Of a stretch of DNA of 64,000 bases, positions 37,145-47,501 are shown piece by piece. The notes under the pieces are model-generated. The model searched no databases. It was given only the letters and a program-made list of their open reading frames with translations, and was not told the DNA's origin. The stretch covers positions 322,644 through 386,643 of the forward strand of contig CAVVWM010000003.1 in the NCBI GenBank assembly GCA_963751955.1, written 5' to 3'. Both the position numbers and the translations under genes were made by a program. Numbering within the stretch: the stretch's first letter is position 1; each line of letters opens with the position of its first letter. The stretch is from an uncultured Acidimicrobiales bacterium. GTDB lineage: Bacteria > Actinomycetota > Acidimicrobiia > Acidimicrobiales > SZUA-35.

Positions 37145-38227
37145 TCAATCGAGGGATCGCACAGTTGGACGGTATCCCTTGGCAACCAATCCACCGACCA
37201 GGAGATCGCGGGCGCTCAGGTCGGTGAGGAGGAGCATCACACCCCGTCGACCTTCTCCGGAATGGGTCAGTTCGAGATCGTGAATGTTGACGTCGAGTTC
37301 GGTCGCCAAAGTTGCGATAGCAGCGATTTCGCCCGGACGGTCTGGAATGGGGATTGCGAATTCCACCAGCTGATCGCTCTGCTTTATTCCGGTGGGTAGA
37401 TTGATGCGAGCAACTCGAGCTCGTTCCAGGATCGCCAACACTTCATCAGACCGCCCTTCACCGACCGCCTCACGTAGCGCCCCAAGACGGGCGATCAACG
37501 CATCAAGGCCGGCCATAATCGACGGCGTGTTAGACGAGATGATGTCTGGCCATATCGAGGGCCGACCGGCGGAGATTCTCGTCATGTCCCGAAACCCACC
37601 GGCTGCCAGGCGAAGCAACGCTCGATGCTCCACCGATGACTCGTCAGCCAGGGTCATCAACGCAGCCGCAGTCAGGTGAGGAACATGAGAAACCTGGGCA
37701 ACCATCTCGTCGTGTTTGTCAGCCGGCATCGTGAGTACCTCAGCGCCAATTCCTTTCACCACACTTCGCACGCTGGCAAAAATGTGTGCGTCGGTGTCGG
37801 GCCGGGGGGTAAGGACCCACGTGGCCCCCTCGAAGAGATCTGGGTTCGCGCCGGCGATTCCATCTTGCTCGGAACCGGCCATCGGGTGACCACCAACGAA
37901 TCGTTCGTTGGAGATGGAGCTCACCACCTCGCGTTTTGTGGAGCCCACATCGGTGACGACGCCGACGCAGACGCTTAGAGCATGCTCGGCAACCGCCGGA
38001 ATAGCTCCTACCGGGACCGCGCAGAAGACTATGTTTGCGTCGGGGTCAGGACCCTCGAGGTGGGCGTACCCCTTCTCGAGCGCAATACGAACCGAGTCGG
38101 GCTCGGCATCGGTGACAGACACGTGCCAGCCCCGTTGGGACAGAGCAGCAGCCAATGACCCGCCGATCAGTCCACAGCCGATGATCCATGCTCTACCTGG
38201 AGTGGCGGTCGACGGAATATCGGTCAT
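37145..38227 (-). CDS. tyrA: Prephenate dehydrogenase with C-terminal ACT domain
   Basis: NAD fold IIGCGLIGGSLA, catalytic GGHPMAGSE, and a C-terminal ACT-like region (FAIPIPDRPGEIAAIATL). Confidence 0.9.
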   Translation of the reverse strand: MTDIPSTATPGRAWIIGCGLIGGSLAAALSQRGWHVSVTDAEPDSVRIALEKGYAHLEGPDPDANIVFCAVPVGAIPAVAEHALSVCVGVVTDVGSTKREVVSSISNERFVGGHPMAGSEQDGIAGANPDLFEGATWVLTPRPDTDAHIFASVRSVVKGIGAEVLTMPADKHDEMVAQVSHVPHLTAAALMTLADESSVEHRALLRLAAGGFRDMTRISAGRPSIWPDIISSNTPSIMAGLDALIARLGALREAVGEGRSDEVLAILERARVARINLPTGIKQSDQLVEFAIPIPDRPGEIAAIATLATELDVNIHDLELTHSGEGRRGVMLLLTDLSARDLLVGGLVAKGYRPTVRSLD

Positions 38228-38601
38228 GCCTCATCACCGGGCAGCGCCAGGTCGGGCCGCAGCGTCGTGGCATCCCGCAGGAACACGTGGTTGAGTTCTG
38301 ACCGCGGTAGGTCGCAGTCGAAATGGAGCATCACTCGAATGCATCGTTCCAGCCCGCTCTGTACGTTCATCTCCTGGGCACATAACAAGGGGACGTCGGT
38401 AAGCCCGAATGCCCGCGCCGCTGCTGCGGGTGCGACAGCGGTCAGGTCGGGGGTGGCCGTGAAAAAGATGCTCGTCAGGCAGTCGCTGCCGATGTGATTT
38501 CTCTCGAAGAGTTCGGTGAGAAGCCGGGTAGTGCGATCGATGATCTCATCTTTGCTGTCGGCGTCGCAGGTGATCGCCCCGCGCAGCGCTCTCGTTGGCA
38601 T
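38224..38601 (-). CDS. aroH: Chorismate mutase, AroH class
   Basis: RALRGAITCDADSKDEIIDRTTRLLTEL...FFTATPDLTAV...CAQEMNVQSGLERCIRVMLH...LRPDL is colinear with my recollection of B. subtilis AroH. Confidence 0.9.
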   Translation of the reverse strand: MPTRALRGAITCDADSKDEIIDRTTRLLTELFERNHIGSDCLTSIFFTATPDLTAVAPAAAARAFGLTDVPLLCAQEMNVQSGLERCIRVMLHFDCDLPRSELNHVFLRDATTLRPDLALPGDEA

Positions 38602-38612
38602 GGGGTCTAAAA

Positions 38613-39389
38613 CTACCGCTTAGGAGGCGGTGCAGAGCTTTTGACCGATTTCTGGAGGGCGAGCACCTCGGCCTTGGCGAGCGGGCGCCATTCGCCCGGT
38701 TTGAGGTGATGGTCAACAAGGGGTCCAATTCTGGTTCGCACCAGACGTATCACGGGGTGTCCTATGGCAGCGCACATGCGGCGAACTTGACGATTACGGC
38801 CTTCGTGAATCGTAAGGCGGATCAGCCCGTCGCTGACCAGAGCAGCTTGTGCTGGCGCAGTAAGGCCGTCATCGAGTTCAACGCCTTGCCGCAACATCCG
38901 AAGCTCACCGGGTTTGGGCGATCCTTCGACGTGGGCCAAGTACTCCTTCTCAACTCCGTGGGACGGGTGCGTGAGCTGGTGGGTCATTGCGCCGTCGTTG
39001 GTGAGCAACAGCAACCCCTCGGTGTTGAAGTCCAGCCGCCCGACCGGAAACACCCTGGGTTCGGAGGGAACAAGACCGACCACGGTCGGCCGTCCCTGTG
39101 GATCATCGGAGGTCGAGACGGTGCCCGCCGGTTTGTTCAGGAGGTATGTCACCGCATCAGGCATCATCGAGATCACCGCACCGTCGACCGAGATCTCGTC
39201 GCTGTCAGGATCAGCTTTGTCTCCCAGCGTGGCCACAGCGCCGTTGACAGACACCCGCCCTTGGCTGATCATCTCTTCAACCACGCGCCGACTCGCAACG
39301 CCCGCCCGGGCAAGTATCTTCTGGAGCCGCTCCGGTTCGGTGTGTTCGCCGTCGAGCCCGGGAAGCCGAAACGGATCAGCGTCAGTCAC
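38613..39389 (-). CDS. rluB: Pseudouridine synthase (RsuA/RluB family)
   Basis: S4 domain RLQKILARAGVASRRVVEEMISQGRVSVNG. Catalytic GRLDFNTEGLLLLTNDG. Confidence 0.9.
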   Translation of the reverse strand: MTDADPFRLPGLDGEHTEPERLQKILARAGVASRRVVEEMISQGRVSVNGAVATLGDKADPDSDEISVDGAVISMMPDAVTYLLNKPAGTVSTSDDPQGRPTVVGLVPSEPRVFPVGRLDFNTEGLLLLTNDGAMTHQLTHPSHGVEKEYLAHVEGSPKPGELRMLRQGVELDDGLTAPAQAALVSDGLIRLTIHEGRNRQVRRMCAAIGHPVIRLVRTRIGPLVDHHLKPGEWRPLAKAEVLALQKSVKSSAPPPKR

Positions 39390-40005
39390 TGGCGGCGGAT
39401 TCCGCAGGCTCAGCCATCAACGTCTGCTCGAGCGCTTCCACAACGTGGGCCGGCGGAACGAAGTCGCCGAGTGGAGGTAGATCCCGCGCATTAGGAATTC
39501 CGAGCTTCTCGCAGAAAAGCTGAGTGGTTCCGAAAAGAACAGCCTGTCCAGGGCCCTCGTCTCTACCAATCTCAGCTACGTAACCGCGTTGTGACAGCGT
39601 TCGAAGGACGCCATCGACGTTCACGCCGCGAATAGCACCGATCTGAGCCCGCGAAATCGGCTGCTTGTAGGCGATGATTGCCAAGGTCTCCATCGCGGCG
39701 GCCGACAGCTTCTGGTTCTTGCCGTCGGTCACGTAGCCTGTGATCAAATCGGACAGATCAGGATGGCTTTGGAATCGCCAGCCTCCGGCGATATATGCAA
39801 GTTGAAATCCACGGCCCTGGTCCTCATAGCTGTCGCTCAGGGCCACACAGATGGTCCGTACCGTCACCTCATCGGTTCCTAATGCAGCTGCCAGCTCGGC
39901 GTCGGGAATCGGGTCTGAGGCCACCATGACCATTGCTTCGATGCCACGACTCAACATGGACAACCGGTGTTCGTCGGCGAGGTCGATTGTTACGTTTTCG
40001 GTCAT
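39382..40005 (-). CDS. scpB: Segregation and condensation protein B
   Basis: Start at MTENV (ATG 40005). IEAMVMVASDPIP and LSAAAMETLAIIAYKQPISRAQIGAIRGV. The track's N-terminal extension overlaps scpA. Confidence 0.9.
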   Translation of the reverse strand: MTENVTIDLADEHRLSMLSRGIEAMVMVASDPIPDAELAAALGTDEVTVRTICVALSDSYEDQGRGFQLAYIAGGWRFQSHPDLSDLITGYVTDGKNQKLSAAAMETLAIIAYKQPISRAQIGAIRGVNVDGVLRTLSQRGYVAEIGRDEGPGQAVLFGTTQLFCEKLGIPNARDLPPLGDFVPPAHVVEALEQTLMAEPAESAASD

Positions 40006-40027
40006 CGCTGTTCGGCTCCTGCCTTCG

Positions 40028-40873
40028 TTATCCGTCGTAGGTGTCGATATCGGTGAGCGCAGCTTCACGATCGTCGTCGGAACCAACCCATTCGACCCTG
40101 AGGTCGGCCAGGTGCCCGACCTGGTCAAGATCGACCACACCCTGCTTGAAGAGCTCGAGCACCCCAAGAAACCGGACAACGACTTCAAGGGTGTCGTCGG
40201 CGACGTGGGCAGTGAGCTCTTTGAATGTCTTGGAGCCACGGTCGGGAAGGGACTCCAACATCTCGTTGATCGCTTCGGTGACGCTGGCCTTGATCGCAGT
40301 GACGTGTTGCAAGCCGACGCTCGCCATCGGCTTTGGCTGCATTGCCTTCATAAAGGCCTTGTGGAGGTCCTCAGGCGTGGAGTTCTCCAGCAGATCGGGC
40401 GCCAGGCCAATGAACTGCTCTTCGAGACCCGCTATGCGGGGGCGTATACGTGCGGCGTTTTCTGACATGCGTACCATCGCAGCCGCTGCGTCTTTGAAGG
40501 TCTTGGACTCGAGGAGCCGAGAGAGGAGGAGGTCGCGTTCCTCCCAGAGAGCGAATTCCTCGTCGAGATCGATATCCACATCTTCAGGTAGCAGACGGCG
40601 GACCTTCAGCTCGATCAGCGTGGCGGCAATGAGCAGGAACTCAGTGGCGACATCAAGATCGCATTTCTCCATCTGTTTCACTTCGGCGAGGTACGCATCG
40701 ACGATTTCGAATAGAGAAACCTCGTAAAGATCGACCTTGTCGTTCAAGATCAGGTGCAGAAGGAGGTCGAACGGGCCCTCGAAACCAGCCGTCTCAACCT
40801 TCACGGACGATCCGCTGGCGTGAGCGTTGTCTTCGGCCGTGGAAGAAAGAGCAGTCGATGTCACTACAAACAT
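40028..40873 (-). CDS. scpA: Segregation and condensation protein A
   Basis: FEGPFDLLLHLILNDKVDLYEVSLFEIVDAYL. 281 aa, directly upstream of scpB. Confidence 0.9.
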   Translation of the reverse strand: MFVVTSTALSSTAEDNAHASGSSVKVETAGFEGPFDLLLHLILNDKVDLYEVSLFEIVDAYLAEVKQMEKCDLDVATEFLLIAATLIELKVRRLLPEDVDIDLDEEFALWEERDLLLSRLLESKTFKDAAAAMVRMSENAARIRPRIAGLEEQFIGLAPDLLENSTPEDLHKAFMKAMQPKPMASVGLQHVTAIKASVTEAINEMLESLPDRGSKTFKELTAHVADDTLEVVVRFLGVLELFKQGVVDLDQVGHLADLRVEWVGSDDDREAALTDIDTYDG

Positions 40874-40888
40874 CCTACGCTTCTCGCC

Positions 40889-41929
40889 ATGAGTGCACAG
40901 CGACCACGGGTATTCAGTGGAATCCAGCCGTCGGGATCAACGCACCTCGGGAACTATCTGGGTGCACTGCGCAACTGGAAAGAGCTTCAACACCACACGG
41001 ACTCGGTGTATTGCATCGTTGATCTCCATGCGCTCACCCTCCCCAAAGAGCCTGGAGAAGTTGCTGTCGGCACGATAAACATGACCCGGATGCTGCTCGC
41101 AGTGGGTCTCGATCCCGACATCAGCACCATTTTCGTGCAAAGCCACGTTCATCAGCACGCCGAGTTGGGTTGGTTGGTGCAATGTCTCACCGGTTTCGGC
41201 GAACTGCGCCGCATGACCCAGTTCAAGGACAAAAGCGATCGCCTAGGCGGCTTGTCCGAGAGCGACGATGGAGGTCGAGGTGCTTCGAACGCATCCATAA
41301 GCGCTGGCCTGTTCACGTATCCAGCTCTGCAAGCTGCAGACATCCTGTTGTATGACACCGACGTTGTGCCCGTGGGAGACGACCAGCGGCAACACATCGA
41401 GCTCACCCGAGACGTGGCACTCAGGATGAACAGCCGGTACGGCGCGGGAACGGTCGTGGTCCCCGAACATCGGATCCCTCCGGCCGGTGCTCGGGTGATG
41501 AACCTGCAACATCCTGACCAGAAGATGTCCAAGTCGGTCGGCAGCGAAACGGGCACGATCGAGGTTCTGGACGAACCCAAGCAGATCGAGAAGAAAATCA
41601 AACGGGCGGTGACCGACAACGACGGTGAAGTGCGCTTTGACATTCAGCAAAAGCCCGGCGTTTCCAACCTCCTGTCGATCCTGGGCGCTGCAACGTCGGA
41701 GGATCCCGAGTCCTTGGCTGCGAACTACAACCAATATGGCCCACTGAAGAGCGATACTGCCGCCGCCGTGATCGAGATGCTCGCTCCGGTCCAAGAGCGG
41801 TACCACGCCCTTAGTGATAGCGATGTTCTCGACGCGTTGGCGGTGGGAGCGGAGAAAGCATCGGCTGTCGCCGACGTCGTCATGCAACGGATCCGAACTG
41901 CCATTGGATTATTGTCACCTGCGCAATGA
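40889..41929 (+). CDS. trpS: Tryptophan--tRNA ligase
   Basis: Start at MSAQRPRVFSGIQPSGSTHLGNYLGA (ATG 40889). The KMSKS motif is present (DQKMSKS). Class-Ic length of 346 aa. Confidence 0.9.
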   Translation: MSAQRPRVFSGIQPSGSTHLGNYLGALRNWKELQHHTDSVYCIVDLHALTLPKEPGEVAVGTINMTRMLLAVGLDPDISTIFVQSHVHQHAELGWLVQCLTGFGELRRMTQFKDKSDRLGGLSESDDGGRGASNASISAGLFTYPALQAADILLYDTDVVPVGDDQRQHIELTRDVALRMNSRYGAGTVVVPEHRIPPAGARVMNLQHPDQKMSKSVGSETGTIEVLDEPKQIEKKIKRAVTDNDGEVRFDIQQKPGVSNLLSILGAATSEDPESLAANYNQYGPLKSDTAAAVIEMLAPVQERYHALSDSDVLDALAVGAEKASAVADVVMQRIRTAIGLLSPAQ

Positions 41930-43023
41930 TTTCCCGGCCCGTCTCACTTCCTCACCTGCGGTGCGGCGTTTTGATCGCCGCGACGGTATGCCTGACGGTG
42001 ACCGCATGCACGGCGGGTCCGATCGGTGACGCCGATGGCGAGCTTGTGATCGGAACGCTTCTTCCTCTCACGGGACCCCAGAGTGTCGAAGGAATTGCGT
42101 CCCAGGAGGCGTTGGATGCCCGGATTGTTGAGATCGCCGCTGCCAACGAGTTCGACCAACTGCAGATCCGCCTCGTCCACGCTGATGTGCGTTCGGACAA
42201 TCTGCTCGTGCCCGCTGCGATCAGCGAACTCGAGGCCAACAACGTTGACGTCGTCATCGGCCCTCCGAACAGCTCCCAAGACACCTTGGTCCGCGAGCAA
42301 CTGGCAGGTATCGGTGCGGTTGTTCATCTCCCGCTCAGTCAGCCGGTCGAAGGGCAGGCGGTGATGATGGCTGATGCTCTGATCGCCGACGGCCACCAGA
42401 TGGTCACGCTCATGACGCCGACCCCCACCCGAGCGAACATCGCCGACACACTCGCTGAACGTCTCGCCGAGAACGGTGGAACGCTCCTCACGAATGTCGA
42501 ATTCGATCCCGAGGTCGAGCGGTTTGATCCCGAAGTCGCTCTCGCTGCCACAGACGACTCCACGGCGGTACTCGTCTTTGGCGCAGGCTCCTCACAATCG
42601 CTGATCGATGCGCTGGAGACTGTCGGTGCCGGCCCGTCAAATCGCACGGTATACCTCCTGGGGAATACCGCCGGAGTTCAACCCAGGCCCGGTCTCCGTC
42701 TGATCGAACCGTTGGCTCCGATGGCTGACCGTGTCATGGATCGGTTGGTTGTAGCAGCGTTGGCGGCAGCCAAAGCAAATACCGACGACCCGGCCACTGT
42801 TGCCGGAGCTGTTCAAAGCGTCGTAAACGGGAACACATTGTGCTCGTCGTTCGCCAACTGTCTGAACTCCTTACGGAGCGAAGGAACTGTGCAGTTCGCC
42901 GGGAAGGGGGCCAACGGCTACACCGATGCGGGAGCCCCCACGGCCGTCCCGTATCGACTGATCGCATTCACTGTTGATGGGGAGATCGATGAGACCACAA
43001 GCCGGGTGATCACCTCCGGCTAG
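41926..43023 (+). CDS. Lipoprotein, type-1 periplasmic binding protein (LivK-like solute-binding fold), no transporter genes adjacent
   Basis: Lipobox LTVTAC. IGTLLPLTGPQSVEG is typical of the Leu/Ile/Val-binding family. Its ATG overlaps the trpS stop (ATGA). Confidence 0.65.
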   Translation: MISRPVSLPHLRCGVLIAATVCLTVTACTAGPIGDADGELVIGTLLPLTGPQSVEGIASQEALDARIVEIAAANEFDQLQIRLVHADVRSDNLLVPAAISELEANNVDVVIGPPNSSQDTLVREQLAGIGAVVHLPLSQPVEGQAVMMADALIADGHQMVTLMTPTPTRANIADTLAERLAENGGTLLTNVEFDPEVERFDPEVALAATDDSTAVLVFGAGSSQSLIDALETVGAGPSNRTVYLLGNTAGVQPRPGLRLIEPLAPMADRVMDRLVVAALAAAKANTDDPATVAGAVQSVVNGNTLCSSFANCLNSLRSEGTVQFAGKGANGYTDAGAPTAVPYRLIAFTVDGEIDETTSRVITSG

Positions 43024-43586
43024 TCGTCGTCGCATTCCTTCAGCACGAGACCGAGGGCCGGATCTACGGTCCAGTTCTCGATCGGGGCGTGATGTTCTGC
43101 TGCCCACGCCGCAGTGAAATCCGCAGAACCGGCGGCGCCAAGGAGGTCTCGGCCCAACTCGGGATGAATCCGATACTGACCCAGTTTTTGGAAGACTTCT
43201 AACTTGCCGAGCCCGCGCCCCGAGGCCCATCCGAAAGCGAAGCGGCTCCGAAAGGGGCCCGGCACCACACCCCAGAACATGGTGGCGAATACCCGGGCAT
43301 AAGTTCGGTAGCCACATACCAACTTCCCCACATCGTGTAGAACAGCGGCGGCGACAACCGGCCGATCGACCTCGGGCAGGCGTCTCTCAACATCCCGAGC
43401 CACCTGCAGTGAGTGGCGTTGATCAGCTGGGCTCAATTGGGCCCACAACTCCTCTTCCTCGGGCAGCAGATGACTTCTCACCCACTGATCGTCTTCGACC
43501 GTTGGTCTGTCGTCGGACAGTGATGCAAAAAATCTGCGCGCCAAATGCCGAGCCTGAACAATCCGAGTTCGGAGAACGACCAGCAT
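43020..43586 (-). CDS. HD-domain phosphohydrolase
   Basis: HSLQVARDV...AAVLHDVGK (H...HD motif). Its stop overlaps the convergent PBP stop in the palindrome CTAG. Confidence 0.7.
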   Translation of the reverse strand: MLVVLRTRIVQARHLARRFFASLSDDRPTVEDDQWVRSHLLPEEEELWAQLSPADQRHSLQVARDVERRLPEVDRPVVAAAVLHDVGKLVCGYRTYARVFATMFWGVVPGPFRSRFAFGWASGRGLGKLEVFQKLGQYRIHPELGRDLLGAAGSADFTAAWAAEHHAPIENWTVDPALGLVLKECDDD

Positions 43587-43591
43587 CGGAC

Positions 43592-44134
43592 CTACAACCC
43601 CAGCTTGTGGGCGGCTGCCAGCACACCAATGATCGTCTTGGCGTCGGTAATGGAACCGTTCAGCGCCATCTCCACCGCGGTCCCAAGCGGGAATTTCTGC
43701 ACGATCATGTGGGCTTCCTCCGGTCCGTCATGACGGACCGGCACTTCGCTGAGCTCGGTACACAAGAAGATCGTTTGGTACTCGTCGCAGAAACCGGGCG
43801 AGTGGTGCAGCGAGATGAGAAACTCAACCTTGGCTGATGTGCGGCCAATTTCTTCTTCCAGCTCGCGCACCACCGTTTCCTCGAGAGGTTCTCCCGGGAT
43901 GTCGAGTTTGCCCGCCGGTAGTTCCCACATGTCGTTCCTGATCGGTGCCCGGAACTGTTTGACCAGCCAGACCGAACTGTCCTCCATCGCTACAGCTGAA
44001 ACGGCACCGGGATGTTTGACCACGTCGCGCCGCATCTCGTCCCCGTCGGGGGTAGTGAAGTAGCTGTTGTAGAACCCGACGACGTGGCCTTGGTGTATGA
44101 GCTCATCCCGGAGGTGCTGGAAGTTTTGGCTCAC
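43592..44134 (-). CDS. NUDIX hydrolase (ADP-ribose pyrophosphatase-like)
   Basis: NUDIX box GKLDIPGEPLEETVVRELEEEIG. Lies immediately downstream of pyrG, as in the mycobacterial pyrG-Rv1700 arrangement. Confidence 0.85.
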   Translation of the reverse strand: MSQNFQHLRDELIHQGHVVGFYNSYFTTPDGDEMRRDVVKHPGAVSAVAMEDSSVWLVKQFRAPIRNDMWELPAGKLDIPGEPLEETVVRELEEEIGRTSAKVEFLISLHHSPGFCDEYQTIFLCTELSEVPVRHDGPEEAHMIVQKFPLGTAVEMALNGSITDAKTIIGVLAAAHKLGL

Positions 44135-44138
44135 AGAT

Positions 44139-45812
44139 CTAGTCCAGGGTGATCGAGATCTGATCCGAAACCGGCCGCGCCGCGTCGAAGCGGTCTGGAT
44201 CCTGGATCTCGGCTCGCTCGAGGGCAGCCTGAATGAAGCCGTCGAACAGCGGAGCGGGTCGGTTGGGACGGCTCTTCAGCTCGGGGTGTGCCTGAGTTCC
44301 GATCCAGAACGGGTGGTTTGGCAGCTCGATGAATTCCACCAGCTTCCCATCGGGCGACATGCCCGATGTGGACAAGCCCCATTCCAGAAACTGTGATTGG
44401 TACCGCGGGTTGAACTCGTAACGATGGCGGTGGCGCTCTTGAACAACGGGTCGACCGTAGAGCTTGGCGACCTGGGAGCCTTCTTGCAGCACAGCCACGT
44501 AGGCACCAAGGCGCATGGTGCCACCCTTGTCTTCCACAGATCTCTGACTTTCCATCAGATCGATTACCGGGTGAGGCGTGACCACATCGGACCGGTTGAA
44601 CTCGCTGCTGTTGGCGCCATGCAGACCCATTGCGTTGCGGGCGTATTCGATGGTCATCACCTGCATGCCCAGGCATAGACCAAGGCAGGGGATGCCGTGT
44701 TCTCGGGTGTATCCGGCAGCGGCGATCTTGCCCTCGATACCGCGTTCACCAAAGCCGCCGGGAAGGACGACTCCATCGAGATGGCTCAGCTGCTCCACAA
44801 CCAGCATCCCCTCTACGTGGTCGCTCATGATCCAGTCGATTTCGAGATCGACCTCGTGAGCGAATGCAGCATGACGCAGTGCTTCGGCGACCGAGAGGTA
44901 GGCATCAGGCAGCGACACGTACTTGCCCACGATGCCGATTCGAAGGGGTTTCCAGGCTCGTTCGACCCGCCGGACCAAGGCCTTCCATGGCTCGAGTTCC
45001 GCTTCGCCAACTTCGAGTCCGAGGATCTTGCAGACGTAGGCGTCCAACCCACCGGCGTGCATCCGGAGTGGAATCTCGTAGAGGCTGGAGGCGTCGGGAG
45101 CGGTGATTATGCCCTCGATCGGCACATCACAAAGGCTGGAGATCTTCTCCCGCAATGGATCGGGAATCTCTCGATCCGACCGACAGACAATCACGTCGGG
45201 CTGGATTCCGCGGCTTCGAAGCTCGGTGACGCTGTGCTGGGTCGGCTTGGTCTTCTGCTCGCCGGCTGGTCCGATGTAGGGAACCAGAGTGACGTGGACG
45301 TAACACACGTTCTGGCGGCCGACATCGAGGCGGTACTGCCGGATCGCTTCGAGGAACGGAAGAATCTCGATGTCACCCACCGTGCCCCCTACCTCGGTGA
45401 TCACGACGTCGACGTCATTGCTGGCCAGGTTGGCGATGCGTTCTTTGATCTCGTTGGTGATGTGTGGGATCACTTGGACGGTTTCGCCCAGGTATTCACC
45501 ACGCCGTTCCTTGGCGATGACGCTGCTGTAGACCGAACCCGTTGTGGTGTTCGAGGCTTGCGTGAGGTTCTCGTCCACAAACCGCTCGTAGTGGCCGAGG
45601 TCGAGGTCGGTTTCGCCCCCGTCGTCGGTGACGAACACCTCGCCGTGCTCGAAGGGGTTCATTGTCCCCGGATCAACGTTGAGGTACGGATCCAGCTTCT
45701 GCAGCGTGACCCTCAAACCACGTGCCTTGAGGAGATTGCCGAGGGAAGAGGCGGTAAGGCCCTTCCCCAGCGAACTTACGACTCCTCCTGTAACGAAGAT
45801 GTGTTTGGTCAC
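44139..45812 (-). CDS. pyrG: CTP synthase
   Basis: [18 protein letters not shown]..., synthetase domain plus glutamine amidotransferase GLCLGMQ with a distal H..E. 557 aa. Confidence 0.95.
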   Translation of the reverse strand: MTKHIFVTGGVVSSLGKGLTASSLGNLLKARGLRVTLQKLDPYLNVDPGTMNPFEHGEVFVTDDGGETDLDLGHYERFVDENLTQASNTTTGSVYSSVIAKERRGEYLGETVQVIPHITNEIKERIANLASNDVDVVITEVGGTVGDIEILPFLEAIRQYRLDVGRQNVCYVHVTLVPYIGPAGEQKTKPTQHSVTELRSRGIQPDVIVCRSDREIPDPLREKISSLCDVPIEGIITAPDASSLYEIPLRMHAGGLDAYVCKILGLEVGEAELEPWKALVRRVERAWKPLRIGIVGKYVSLPDAYLSVAEALRHAAFAHEVDLEIDWIMSDHVEGMLVVEQLSHLDGVVLPGGFGERGIEGKIAAAGYTREHGIPCLGLCLGMQVMTIEYARNAMGLHGANSSEFNRSDVVTPHPVIDLMESQRSVEDKGGTMRLGAYVAVLQEGSQVAKLYGRPVVQERHRHRYEFNPRYQSQFLEWGLSTSGMSPDGKLVEFIELPNHPFWIGTQAHPELKSRPNRPAPLFDGFIQAALERAEIQDPDRFDAARPVSDQISITLD

Positions 45813-45881
45813 GTCGGCCCCATTTCTGCAAATCCACTCTCCGTTTGGTCAAGGTAGCCGTTGGGAGTACGTTCCAGACTC

Positions 45882-46883
45882 ATGACCTTCAAAGCTCTCC
45901 TTCTTTCCGAGGACTCATCTGGAGCGAAACCCACTGTTTCCGCAGCGATGACCGACCTCGCCGACGATGCGCTTCCCGAGGTGGCAAATCCGGTGACGAT
46001 CTCGGTTGAGTATTCATCACTCAACTACAAGGACGGCATGGTGCTCAAGGGAATTGGGCGTTTGGTGCGCACATACCCCCATATTCCTGGTGTCGACCTC
46101 GCTGGCACGGTGGTCGATTCGGCCGATGGCCGCTACCAGCTCGGTGACCAGGTGCTGTGTACCGGCTGGCGGGTTGGCGAGATGCACTGGGGTGGTTACG
46201 CCCAGCGGGCACGACTCAATGCAGACTGGCTCGTTCCTGTTCCCACGGGTATGTCGACCAAAGATGTCATGGCGATCGGAACTGCGGGCTTCACATCCAT
46301 GCAGGCGCTCGACGCGCTCGAATCCCATGGGGTGAACAAGGGCGATCCGGTCTTGGTGACGGGTGCCTCGGGCGGTGTGGGGTCATCGGCGATCATGTGG
46401 GGTGCAGCCTTGGGGCACCACATGGTGGCGAGTACCGGCCGGGTCGAGAACTCAGACCACCTGCGAGCCATCGGCGCCGCTGATGTCATCGACCGCGCTG
46501 AACTGTCCGAAGCGCCGGATCGACCCCTTCTCAAGGAGCGATGGGTTGGCTGTGTCGATGCCGTGGGCGGTGACACGCTGGCTCATGTGCTGGCGGAGAT
46601 GACCTACGGAGGATCGGTTGCCGCGTGCGGCCTGGCCGGTGGCAATGCGCTCAAAACGACGGTCATTCCATTCCTGCTCAGAGCGGTGAACCTCCTTGGC
46701 ATCGACTCGGTCATGGCTCCTTTCGAGGAACGGCAACGAATCTGGGCCAGAATCGCCGACGCCTTCGATCCTGGTGCCTTGGCGTCGATCACAACCGAGG
46801 TTCCCTTGTCCGAGATCGTATCGAACGCTCCAAAGATCCTGGCCGGCCAAACCAAAGGTCGGACAGTCGTCGCCACGTCCTGA
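45882..46883 (+). CDS. NADPH:quinone/acrylyl-CoA reductase family (YhdH/AcuI-like MDR)
   Basis: Start at MTFKALLL. VEYSSLNYKDGMVLKG, YPHIPGVDLAGTVV, WRVGEMHWGGYAQ and VTGASGGVGSSA. Confidence 0.8.
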   Translation: MTFKALLLSEDSSGAKPTVSAAMTDLADDALPEVANPVTISVEYSSLNYKDGMVLKGIGRLVRTYPHIPGVDLAGTVVDSADGRYQLGDQVLCTGWRVGEMHWGGYAQRARLNADWLVPVPTGMSTKDVMAIGTAGFTSMQALDALESHGVNKGDPVLVTGASGGVGSSAIMWGAALGHHMVASTGRVENSDHLRAIGAADVIDRAELSEAPDRPLLKERWVGCVDAVGGDTLAHVLAEMTYGGSVAACGLAGGNALKTTVIPFLLRAVNLLGIDSVMAPFEERQRIWARIADAFDPGALASITTEVPLSEIVSNAPKILAGQTKGRTVVATS

Positions 46884-46886
46884 CCG

Positions 46887-47390
46887 ATGAACCGTCATGT
46901 GGTGATCGCCGGCTTCATGGGCATCGGGAAGACCACGGCCGCGACCGGTGTCGCCCAAGCGTTATCGCTGCCACACCGGGACTCCGATGAAGACCTCCAA
47001 CGCCTCCTCGGTCGAACCGGCAAGCAGGTAGCCGATGCGCTCGGTGTCGAAGAACTGCACCGACTTGAGTCTGCTGTGCTTCTCGGGGCGCTGGCCTCAC
47101 CCGGCCGACTCGTGATCAGCGCGGCCGCATCTACCGTTGAGGATCCGATGTGTCGGGCTGCTCTGGGTCGAGTTGCCGTGACGGTTGTAGTGGATGCCCC
47201 TATCGATGTAATTCTCGAACGCAGCACCGCCGGCTCTCACCGGCGTGACATCGACAGAGCTCAGCTCGAACAGTTGGTGAGGCAGAGAGATCCACTCTTC
47301 CACGAGGTGGCCGACATGATCGTGTCAGCTGCCCAGGAGCCGTCGGCTGTGGTGGAGGAAATCCTGGCCTTTCTTGCCGGTATCAGCTGA
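46887..47390 (+). CDS. Shikimate-kinase-like P-loop kinase (atypical, lacks the GGG motif)
   Basis: Walker A GFMGIGKTT and DSDE match the AroK family. The position of the shikimate-binding GGG reads SAAAS. 3 nt downstream of the reductase gene. Confidence 0.55.
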   Translation: MNRHVVIAGFMGIGKTTAATGVAQALSLPHRDSDEDLQRLLGRTGKQVADALGVEELHRLESAVLLGALASPGRLVISAAASTVEDPMCRAALGRVAVTVVVDAPIDVILERSTAGSHRRDIDRAQLEQLVRQRDPLFHEVADMIVSAAQEPSAVVEEILAFLAGIS

Positions 47391-47501
47391 TCGAACATGC
47401 GGTCCATCGAGTCCAGAACGACATGTGAAACCTGATCTGTTGGTCAGGACTCGGCCATCGACCGATACAGCACACTGTGGTCACAGCCGTGTACGGGCTG
47501 T

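Noticed and set aside
47480-47498. The hairpin ACAGCC-N7-GGCTGT between the aroK-like and SalK-like genes as a bidirectional terminator
   Set aside because: It has only a 6-bp stem and no flanking T/A tract. That is too weak to call, and similar short palindromes occur elsewhere in the window (for example 22202-22227).
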